Assembly (NCBI GenBank): GCA_902384455.1
Contig: CABMCB010000079.1
Span: forward strand, 618-64,617
DNA: 64,000 nucleotides
Source of the DNA: an uncultured archaeon
Lineage (GTDB): Archaea; Altiarchaeota; Altiarchaeia; IMC4; SCGC-AAA252-I15
Direction of reading: 5' to 3'
Part shown: positions 56,812 through 64,000 of the stretch, piece after piece
Position numbering within the stretch: position 1 is the stretch's first letter
How the letters are laid out: each line of letters starts with the position of its first letter
The notes under the pieces: generated by a model
The model's database searches: none
Seen by the model: the letters and a program-made list of their open reading frames with translations, nothing else
Told to the model about the DNA's origin: nothing
Program-made: the position numbers and the translations under genes

Positions 56812-58011
56812 ATGACAAAAAAGGCGCATAATACGACCAAACAAATTCTCAAAAAAGCCCTAATAGCAACAATAATCCTCACATTCTACACCCTACAAAC
56901 AAACGCCGTAAGCATAGGCGCAGGCCCAGCAGTACTCAACTTCAACAACATGGTACGCGGCGGATACGCAGAAGACTCAGTCACAGTATCAACAAGCGGA
57001 ACAGAAAACCTAACCGTAGTAATCGAATCCACAGGCCAAATAAAAGACTGGGTCACAGTATCAACCCCCATGCCAATGCCCCTAATGGCAGGCGAAAGAA
57101 AAAACATCAAAATCGTAGTCAGACCCCCAGTAACAGCCTCACCCGGAGAATACTCAGCAATACTATACATAAGAGCAGCACCCACCGCAGGCATAGGAAA
57201 CTCAACCGGCCTAGCACTAGGCGCAGGAGTAGGAATACAAATCAACGTAAACATCACAGGCCGAGAAATCAAAGGATACAGCCTAAAAGCAGTCAACGTC
57301 AAAGACACCGAAGTCACATTCCCCATAGACATCACAACCCTAATTGAAAACACCGGAAACATCCCACTACAACCCACATTCAAAGTCAAAATACTAACAC
57401 CCACCGGAGAAGAAACAACCGCCCAAAAAGAATTCACAGTAGGCACATTCAACCCCGGCATACAAGAAAACTACACATTCACCCTACCCTCCACAGGACT
57501 AGCCGAAGGAAAATACGCGGCCAGCATCGCAATAAAAATAGAAAACAACGAAACCGACCTAGCCAACCTAGGTTTCACCCTACTCCCACCCGGCAGCCTG
57601 CGCCTAAAGGGAGAATTCAAGAGCATAACACTATCCGAAAACACCATAGCACCCCAAAAACCCGTAAAAATCACCGGCATATTCCAAAACACCGGCGAAG
57701 TACCGACAAACGCTCAACTAACAGTTGAAGTATACAAAGGCACAGAACTCATAAAGACAATAGACTCAACAGAAACACGAGTAGACGCAGGAGAAACCCA
57801 ACTACTCGACGTAACATACACCTCAGAACAACCAGGAGACCTAACCATACGAGGCACAATAACATACAGCAAAAAGAAGACGCCAGAAAAAGAAATAACA
57901 CTCATAGTATCCGGAGGCGGATTACCCACCACATACATCGCAATCGGAGCAGCAGTAATAATACTGATAATCGGAGGGGTAGTCTACTACAAACGGAACT
58001 ATGCACTATAA
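56812..58011 (+). CDS. Membrane-anchored surface beta-sandwich protein, family M
   Basis: VSIGAGPAVLNFNNMVRGGYAEDSVTVSTSG N-terminal block, ENTGNIPL, GKYAASI, and a C-terminal TM helix. Confidence 0.8.
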   Translation: MTKKAHNTTKQILKKALIATIILTFYTLQTNAVSIGAGPAVLNFNNMVRGGYAEDSVTVSTSGTENLTVVIESTGQIKDWVTVSTPMPMPLMAGERKNIKIVVRPPVTASPGEYSAILYIRAAPTAGIGNSTGLALGAGVGIQINVNITGREIKGYSLKAVNVKDTEVTFPIDITTLIENTGNIPLQPTFKVKILTPTGEETTAQKEFTVGTFNPGIQENYTFTLPSTGLAEGKYAASIAIKIENNETDLANLGFTLLPPGSLRLKGEFKSITLSENTIAPQKPVKITGIFQNTGEVPTNAQLTVEVYKGTELIKTIDSTETRVDAGETQLLDVTYTSEQPGDLTIRGTITYSKKKTPEKEITLIVSGGGLPTTYIAIGAAVIILIIGGVVYYKRNYAL

Positions 58012-58040
58012 ACAATAATAACAAAAAAAGGGAGAAAACC

Positions 58041-59267
58041 ATGACAAAAAAGAACCTATGCGTTGTAGTCGCCGTGCTAACGGCATTAATGGGATACGCT
58101 TCTGCCGTAAGTCTGGGCGCAGGCCCGGCAGTCGTAGAATTCCCCGAAATGATAAAAGGCGGATACGCCGAACAAGTCATAACGGTATCAACAGCCGGTG
58201 ACGAACCCCTAATCGTCAAATCAGAAGTCACAGGCGAAATCAAAAGCTGGGCGTCAGTAGAAGAAGGAGGCACATTCAAACTCGACCCAGCCGCCCGAAG
58301 AGACGTCAAAATAATGGTAAACCTCCCCATCGACGTCCCCAACGGCAGATACGAAGGAATAATCTACTTCCGCGCAGCACCAGCATCAAGTGCATCAGGC
58401 GAAGGAACAGGACTATCACTCGGCGCAGGAGTAGGAATACGCGTAGGCATAACAGTAAGCGACAAACAAGTAGAAAAATACGAACTACGACAAGTCGGAG
58501 TCAAAGACACAGAAATAGGATTCCCCGCAGAATTCACAGCAACACTAGCAAACACAGGAAACGTCCGCTTAGTCCCAAAAATAACAATCACAATAATGGA
58601 CGAACTAAAAAAGAGAACAATAAAAACATTCGACTACGCTGAAACAGAAATAAAACCAACATCCTCCGAAACAATAACAATAAAAGTCCCAACAAACGGA
58701 ATAGACGTAGGCAAATACACCGCAAAAGTAACAGCAGACAACGGACAAGAACAAGAAGTATTCTTCAACGTACTAGAAAAAGGCACACTAGCACTCAAAG
58801 GAATCCTACGCGAAGTCAAAGCCGAAAAAGTCTGGGTAGAAGAAGGAGAAATGGTCAAAATAGTCGCCACACTCGAAAACACCGGCGAACTACCCATCGA
58901 AGGAGCAATATTCAAAGGAGAAGCATACCTAGTAGACGACGCATACGGAACCAGAAAACTAGTCGGAACATTCGAAAGCGACCAAATGGACGTACCCAAA
59001 GAAAAAACAGTCGAACTATCCAGCTACTACACACCCGCAATAGGCGGCCGCTACGTCATCCGCGGTGAAGTAGCATACGGCGGCAAAAGAACCCAAAGCA
59101 AAGACACCATACTAAACGTAGTGGCAAAGCCGACAAACTTCCTACCCTACGCAGTAATCGTAGGCGTAATAGTAATAGCCATAGTCTACTACCTAACACG
59201 AAAAACCGAAGACGGAAGAACACGCCGCTTCAAAAAGATTTGGGCAGACTACTTAGGGCTAAAATAA
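58041..59267 (+). CDS. Membrane-anchored surface beta-sandwich protein, family M
   Basis: VSLGAGPAVVEFPEMIKGGYAEQVITVSTAG. It is colinear with 32919-34238 throughout (VGKYTAKVTADNGQEQEVFFNVL, LPIEGAIFKGEAYL, GRYVIRGEVAYGG). It has a C-terminal TM helix and basic tail. Confidence 0.8.
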   Translation: MTKKNLCVVVAVLTALMGYASAVSLGAGPAVVEFPEMIKGGYAEQVITVSTAGDEPLIVKSEVTGEIKSWASVEEGGTFKLDPAARRDVKIMVNLPIDVPNGRYEGIIYFRAAPASSASGEGTGLSLGAGVGIRVGITVSDKQVEKYELRQVGVKDTEIGFPAEFTATLANTGNVRLVPKITITIMDELKKRTIKTFDYAETEIKPTSSETITIKVPTNGIDVGKYTAKVTADNGQEQEVFFNVLEKGTLALKGILREVKAEKVWVEEGEMVKIVATLENTGELPIEGAIFKGEAYLVDDAYGTRKLVGTFESDQMDVPKEKTVELSSYYTPAIGGRYVIRGEVAYGGKRTQSKDTILNVVAKPTNFLPYAVIVGVIVIAIVYYLTRKTEDGRTRRFKKIWADYLGLK

Positions 59268-59280
59268 GGAGGACAAAAAA

Positions 59281-60000
59281 ATGATCAAAAAAACCAAAAC
59301 AGGAATCCCCGGAGTGGACGAACTCATAGGCGGAGGCATACCAGACAAAGCAGTCATAATAGTATCAGGATCCCCCGGTATCGGGAAAAGCAACTTCGCA
59401 ATGCAATACATATACAACGGAGCAACAATGTTCAATGAACCCGGCGTATACATAACCGTAGAAGACACACCCGAAAACGTCAAAGCATACGCACAAGAAT
59501 TCGGCTGGGACCTAGACAAACTCGAAAAAGAAAACAAAATAGCAATAGTCGCCCAACCAATATACGGCGACGACAAAGAAATGAAAAGAGGAGGCAAAGA
59601 CCGCAAAGACACCCTATCCGAAACAATAAAAAGAATAGGCGCAAAAAGAGTAGTACTAGACAGCGTAACACTATTCAAATACCTATTCAACGACGACATA
59701 GCACGAAGAATAAACCTCCTAAACTTCATCAAACAAGTAAAAGACTCCGGCTGCACAACAGTAATGGTAGCAGAACAACACGAAAGCTCCCCAAACATAA
59801 CATACCTAGACGAACACTTCCTAGCAGACGGCCTACTACTCCTATTCTGGAGCAGACACCGCGAAAAAGCAGAAAGATGCTTCGTAGCAGTAAAAATGAG
59901 AGGCTGCGAAATCAACTCAGACATGAGGCCCATGAAAATAACCAACAAAGGCGTCATAGTCTACCCAACACAAGTACCATTGACGTTGGCCTCCGACTAA
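59281..60000 (+). CDS. Single-domain KaiC/RecA-superfamily ATPase (COG0467-like)
   Basis: GIPGVDELIGGGIP, Walker A GSPGIGKS and Walker B RVVLDS; 239 aa. Confidence 0.8.
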   Translation: MIKKTKTGIPGVDELIGGGIPDKAVIIVSGSPGIGKSNFAMQYIYNGATMFNEPGVYITVEDTPENVKAYAQEFGWDLDKLEKENKIAIVAQPIYGDDKEMKRGGKDRKDTLSETIKRIGAKRVVLDSVTLFKYLFNDDIARRINLLNFIKQVKDSGCTTVMVAEQHESSPNITYLDEHFLADGLLLLFWSRHREKAERCFVAVKMRGCEINSDMRPMKITNKGVIVYPTQVPLTLASD

Positions 60001-60052
60001 AAGCCAGTAATCCCGTCAACACGGCCGATTCACCGTTACTTTAATCTGAGCG

Positions 60053-60634
60053 ATGCCAGTTACCCCAGTTGGACGGAGTTCAGGGATAGACATAAACTCG
60101 GACCTGCAAGGGGCTCAGATTCTGGTTCTTGTCATACCCGAAGACCAGTATAACGACAAGGTTATGGCAATCCTAAAGAACCTTGCAGAGAGCAACACAA
60201 ACAAAGTCTGCTATGTCTCATTGAATCGGCCGTATTCCTCTCTTAGGAATAATCTTGCGTCTGCGGGGGTGTCAATTAACAGCATATATGTTATTGATGC
60301 TATCACTAAGACTGCGGAGATGGCTGAGAACACGGAGAATGTTGAGTTCATTTCTTCTCCTGATGCGTTGACTGAGTTGTCTCTTGCGGTAAGCAATTCT
60401 TTTGACGTGAAGAAGTTCAATTACTTGTTCTTTGATTCATTGTCGACTCTTCTTGTTTATGAATCGGATAGGGTAGTCACTAAGTTTGTTCATTTTTTGA
60501 TGGCTAAGATTAGGGTTGTAGAAGCTAGGGCTATATTTACTGTCTTGAAAAGGGACGTTGATTCTGTGCTTTTGAAGGACATCAACATGTTCGCGGATAA
60601 GATAGTTGACTTGGAGTACTGGAATCCCAAATGA
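60053..60634 (+). CDS. KaiC-like-fold paralogue lacking Walker A (probable pseudo-ATPase)
   Basis: The length and hydrophobic beta-strand pattern parallel KaiC-like domains (ILVLVIP, VCYVSLNRPY, YLFFDSLSTLL as a Walker-B-like strand), but no GxxxxGK[ST] is present. It is a paralogue of the next gene. Confidence 0.5.
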   Translation: MPVTPVGRSSGIDINSDLQGAQILVLVIPEDQYNDKVMAILKNLAESNTNKVCYVSLNRPYSSLRNNLASAGVSINSIYVIDAITKTAEMAENTENVEFISSPDALTELSLAVSNSFDVKKFNYLFFDSLSTLLVYESDRVVTKFVHFLMAKIRVVEARAIFTVLKRDVDSVLLKDINMFADKIVDLEYWNPK

Positions 60635-61245
60635 AAGCATTAGCTGACGTTAAAAACGAAGTCTCACAGTTGATAGGGAAAGCTGACACTTCGGACTCCT
60701 TCCTTATTGTGGTAAACTCAGGGTATCTGCAGGAGGTTACTGCAGACGTAGTCCGCGAATTCCAGGAAAGAACAACTTATGGGATATATGTCTCTCTTAA
60801 TAGGCCTTATTTCAGCGTGAAGAAGTATTTGGTGGAGCGGGGGGTTGACGTGGAGAGGGTCTTTTTTGTTGATTGTATCACTTCTGCGGCGACAAATGCT
60901 CAGTTTATTAATGACGCTAATGTTTTTTTTGCAAAGCACCCGGAGGATATCCGGCCGGAGGGTAGTATTCTTACGTCGATTAATAGGTTCATTAAGGCTA
61001 CGAGTGGTGAAAAGTTCATTGTGGTGGATGCTTTGAGGACTCTTTTGTTGCATAATGACGTTGAGGAGGTCTCTCAGTTTGTACATCATATTCTATCTCT
61101 CACGCATGGTCATCGCGTTAAGATTGTTTTTCTGACTTTGTGGGAGGAGGATATGGAGGTGATTCAGCGTCTTGGTATGGCGTTTGATGAGATTGCGCTT
61201 GTTGGCAGTGAAGATGGGTATATAGTTCCGCTGGATATCGATTAG
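60631..61245 (+). CDS. KaiC-like-fold paralogue lacking Walker A (probable pseudo-ATPase)
   Basis: It shares FLIVVNS, IYVSLNRPYFS and FIVVDALRTLL with the preceding gene. The ATGA start overlaps the preceding stop. Confidence 0.5.
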   Translation: MKALADVKNEVSQLIGKADTSDSFLIVVNSGYLQEVTADVVREFQERTTYGIYVSLNRPYFSVKKYLVERGVDVERVFFVDCITSAATNAQFINDANVFFAKHPEDIRPEGSILTSINRFIKATSGEKFIVVDALRTLLLHNDVEEVSQFVHHILSLTHGHRVKIVFLTLWEEDMEVIQRLGMAFDEIALVGSEDGYIVPLDID

Positions 61246-61340
61246 CCTTTTTTTATCCCCTTTTTCGTGATTCCTCTCACATAGGGGTTTCGTATTTTCC
61301 TTTTTTTTCTCACTTTTGTGTGAGTGAACATCACAATAAA

Positions 61341-61515
61341 ACACACATCTTATATTTATTATATAGTATATAATTACTATATTTATTAAATTATTTTATA
61401 TTCTACAAATAAAAATTACTTATTTATAACACATATATTATATATAACCAAATAAGAAATTTTTAATTTCGCAAATATTTTCAGATAAACCGTAAAATAT
61501 TCTTTCTTTTTATCG
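61341..61515. other. Near-pure A+T tract 1
   Basis: For example, 61381-61440 contains only 5 G/C in 60 nt, against about 50% GC in the flanking genes. Confidence 0.9.
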
Positions 61516-61852
61516 CTTTAAGGCACTAAATAAACGTTTTTTTAAGCATTGTTAATATATGAACTTCACACCCTGTTTTTCTATACTCGAGGACAGCAAT
61601 ACCCTGCGTTTAGGTTCGTAGGAGATAAATCGCTATATAGTGTCAGATTTTATAACCCGATTATGGGATAAAATCTATTAGAATCTAGTTTAACGCTCTT
61701 TTGCCCATGGGTTTGCTATCTGTATTTACTACTCCATATCATTATGATATACAGAACATATTTTGGTTAATTTTTATTAGATCATGTAAATTTTCTGCCT
61801 TTTTAATCTCTTAAGTTAATAGATTGATAACTATCCTTTTGGGGGATAAACA

Positions 61853-62080
61853 ATGGAAATAACGTCAAAAGATATAGAAAAACTTAAGTTTGTCAAAGAT
61901 TCGATAGACAAAGGAAATGCTACGACTATCGAAAAAAACGAGTGCTTGCAGGCCCTTGACGCAGTTATTTCCCCAAAGTGTGCCATGTGTAGGATGCCTT
62001 TGGGTGAAGGTTATGCCGTAGTAAATGAGCGAAAGTTCCACGAATCCTGCGTAAAGAAGTATTCTGCTGCCCCTAAGTAA
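61853..62080 (+). CDS. Small (75 aa) protein with a C-x2-C...H-x2-C zinc-binding-like motif
   Basis: CAMCRMPLGEGYAVVNERKFHESC. GGGGGAT lies 7 nt upstream of the ATG as a possible RBS. The gene is embedded between the two A+T tracts. Confidence 0.5.
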   Translation: MEITSKDIEKLKFVKDSIDKGNATTIEKNECLQALDAVISPKCAMCRMPLGEGYAVVNERKFHESCVKKYSAAPK

Positions 62081-62232
62081 TAATATATTTCGTTTTTATG
62101 TTTAAATTTTATGTAATAAAATATTTCATATGAATACATACTATATAATACATATAAAAAATATACTAATTTACAAAAATATAAATTTATAATAATTATT
62201 ATATTATATAAATTAAATTTATCTTATGTGGA
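62081..62232. other. Near-pure A+T tract 2
   Basis: For example, 62161-62220 contains only 2 G/C in 60 nt. Confidence 0.9.
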
Positions 62233-62402
62233 TTTTAGGGTGGGAAATGCGCATTAAAAATGTGAGAGATAGACAAAAAGAAAATGTGAGAAGTATATGC
62301 TCGAAAAACAGTCACTATACAACGAAAAATAAATGCGCAAAGAATCTGACAACTGACCACAAAAAGCAATGGTGTTATTAATTCCCTCTCACATATGTTA
62401 CC

Positions 62403-62693
62403 ATGGAGTTAATGGGACGTTCAATATCATACGGCGTCTTAGTCGGCGGAATTTTCGGATTTATCAACCTCTGGCTGTTCCCTTATGCTCCGCCTGAAGG
62501 AACAGGAAGAACACTAATGCTATTTCCGTCAACAGTAGGATTCATGATAATCAAAGTAGTTCGTTGCACAGGATTCACATGCGGTCCTGAAATCATCCCT
62601 TTCTTGTTTTTAACGCTCCTTACTGGCGCAATTGCGGGAGCTGTTACGGGGTATGTCCTGTCTGAAGTTGTTTACCGGATAAAAACCAGGTAA
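62403..62693 (+). CDS. Small 3-TM membrane protein
   Basis: A hydrophobic 96-aa ORF with no recognisable motif. Confidence 0.45.
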   Translation: MELMGRSISYGVLVGGIFGFINLWLFPYAPPEGTGRTLMLFPSTVGFMIIKVVRCTGFTCGPEIIPFLFLTLLTGAIAGAVTGYVLSEVVYRIKTR

Positions 62694-62705
62694 GAAACCA
62701 TTAAC

Positions 62706-63053
62706 ATGAAGCAGTTGCTGGTTTTTTCAGTAGTCGCCATTTTTTTTCCTCAAATTGTCGCAGGGGAATGCTTAGTCAACGGAAACGTCACTTGCGACAA
62801 GTTTGCTGAAGATCATCTTGCAAAGGATTTCAACGCCTCGTTCACTGATATGGGAGGCATTGGATTATTGATTGTTTTGCTATCGGTTCTTCTCTCCTTT
62901 ACCGGATTTGCGTTTTGGGTGTGGATGATTGTAGATTGCATAAAAAGAAAGGATTTTAGCGATAAGTTGCTTTGGACGGTCGTGTTACTTCTTTCTGGCT
63001 TTGTCGGAGGACTAATCTATTATTTTACGGTGAAAAAGAAGGATAGGGGATAG
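62706..63053 (+). CDS. Small membrane protein with a PLD-N-terminal-like (PLDc_N) segment
   Basis: Signal peptide, then WVWMIVDCIKRKDFSDKLLWTVVLLLSGFVGGLIYYF, which is typical of the short PLDc_N/cardiolipin-synthase-N family. Confidence 0.5.
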   Translation: MKQLLVFSVVAIFFPQIVAGECLVNGNVTCDKFAEDHLAKDFNASFTDMGGIGLLIVLLSVLLSFTGFAFWVWMIVDCIKRKDFSDKLLWTVVLLLSGFVGGLIYYFTVKKKDRG

Positions 63054-63097
63054 GTTGTTTAGCGGCTTTTTATCTTCCGTCACCCAACCATTTTACT

Positions 63098-64000
63098 GTG
63101 CGAATTATCGGGGTCATCCTATCCATCCTTTCTCTATCCTCCTTATGCGGGGCTGTTCCGTTGGGGCTAGAATTTAATTTCTCTGAACAGATTCCTCTTC
63201 AACTTGCTCTTGCCGCCCCCAACGGAACCAACGAGATTTCAGTTGACTTGAACGTATTTATCGTGTACGGGAGTGGGCTGGATATAATCGAGGCAGGCGT
63301 ACGGGATGGCATCCAGAATAATCTTGTGGTTGTTCAGCCCACTGTATTGACTCAATATTCGAACGGATACAACATTTCGATTAGATCCGTTCGAAAAATA
63401 GAGCTAAACGACAGTTCTGAAACTATTAAACTACTTGACAGCTCTAAAGGAGTTATCCTCTTAGTCGGGGGGCCTGAGCATAACAATGTTTCCAAAGAGT
63501 TCTACCGGAGGGGTTTTATCACTAATGAGTCGGAGTCATATTGGGGACGATTTACTGTTGGGCGAGGAAGAACGGATTCTGGTAATGGCGTCTTGGTTTA
63601 TGCGCATAAGCCGGTTGGGGCTGCGTTAGAGAGGGAGGCGGTTAAGTATTCTCCTTTGAGGGGCCATGTTCCCGACGAGTACATCCCCCTGGTGGCAACT
63701 GGAGTAAGTATCACTCTTTTAGGTCTGAGTGGTGTGCTTAACGGAATATTCAACGTGCTTAAAACTGTTGTGGAGTTTAAGGCGCTGGACGTCGGAAGAG
63801 CGAAGAAGAAGGAGAGAAGAAAGACAATTAAAATTGCGGGAGTTGATCTAAGGGAGGGTTTGGCTGTTTTCGCTGCTTCTTTTATTTTGGGTTTGTCTGT
63901 TTCGTGGACTTTCTTGGGTCCTGGAAGCGGGTTTTTGTTGTTTTTGGCGCTTAATACGGCGGTGAGTTTGTTTTCGGCTATTTCTCATGAGGTTAGTCAC
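63098..64000 (+). CDS. Membrane protein with an extracytoplasmic N-domain and an HExxH motif in a TM helix (possible M50/S2P-like metalloprotease), 3' end outside window
   Basis: This ORF is not in the track because it has no stop. The frame from GTG 63098 runs open to base 64000. It encodes a signal-like VRIIGVILSILSLSSLCG, an ectodomain of about 170 aa, a TM helix, the basic linker GRAKKKERRKTIK and further TM helices. It ends ...LFSAISHEVSH. Confidence 0.4.
   Translation, partial: MRIIGVILSILSLSSLCGAVPLGLEFNFSEQIPLQLALAAPNGTNEISVDLNVFIVYGSGLDIIEAGVRDGIQNNLVVVQPTVLTQYSNGYNISIRSVRKIELNDSSETIKLLDSSKGVILLVGGPEHNNVSKEFYRRGFITNESESYWGRFTVGRGRTDSGNGVLVYAHKPVGAALEREAVKYSPLRGHVPDEYIPLVATGVSITLLGLSGVLNGIFNVLKTVVEFKALDVGRAKKKERRKTIKIAGVDLREGLAVFAASFILGLSVSWTFLGPGSGFLLFLALNTAVSLFSAISHEVSH

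Larger units (their letters stand above)
61275..62395. repeat. Dispersed copies of a TCTCACAT-core motif in both orientations
   Basis: ttccTCTCACATAgg at 61271-61285. TCTCAC-ttttgt-GTGAG hairpin at 61308-61324. aaaATGTGAGAg at 62257-62268 and aaaATGTGAGAa at 62281-62292 (reverse orientation). ttcccTCTCACATAtg at 62382-62397. Confidence 0.6.

Noticed and set aside
61093-61344. An 83-aa minus-strand ORF spanning the end of the KaiC-like gene into the A+T tract.
   Set aside because: It overlaps a supported plus-strand gene, and its product has a low-complexity basic composition.
61246-62402. A CRISPR leader/array or transposon ends in the A+T-rich region.
   Set aside because: There are no regularly spaced direct repeats of 24-40 nt, no cas genes, and no transposase or terminal inverted repeats beyond the short TCTCACAT motif. 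The region is retained as an origin/islet candidate instead.

Overview
Densely coding archaeal chromosomal segment of about 50% GC. Archaeal identity follows from aIF5A with the hypusine-site motif, ribosomal stalk protein P1, a GHMP-type shikimate kinase, a Sec11/SipW-type signal peptidase, Rad50 with a zinc hook, NurA and a PAC2 chaperone. I recognise about 58 protein genes and no rRNA, tRNA, CRISPR array, transposase or integrase. Housekeeping and metabolic genes (ppdK, adk, acyP, aroK, tyrA, hom plus an ACT protein, two aminotransferases, topA) are interleaved with unusually many cell-envelope genes. These include an extracytoplasmic thiol-disulfide module: CcdA plus two anchored thioredoxin-fold proteins, one carrying five tandem Cys-rich repeats. 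There is also a glycosylation cluster with two GT4, two GT2 and one GT-C enzyme, an HPr-kinase-like P-loop protein and a nucleotidyltransferase-like protein. The main point of interest is three loci encoding an unassigned family of secreted, Cys- and sequon-rich two-domain proteins. The window holds five free-standing copies plus one copy fused to the C-terminus of a 1276-aa beta-propeller adhesin. Each locus is paired with membrane-anchored beta-sandwich proteins. One locus is headed by the signal peptidase, and another is followed by one intact and two Walker-A-less KaiC-like paralogues. I propose this as a candidate undescribed surface-structure or adhesion system. Other notable items are listed below. 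(1) A 1789-aa orphan protein. (2) A 0.1-to-10-kb-scale mosaic of G+T-rich versus A+C-rich strand composition that ignores gene boundaries and orientation. (3) A long A+C-rich to G+T-rich polarity switch near 60 kb, next to two almost pure A+T tracts with a dispersed TCTCACAT motif, which could mark an origin or a foreign islet. (4) A roughly 100-nt stem-closed candidate ncRNA upstream of aIF5A. All functional calls rest on motif recognition by eye; no database searches were run.
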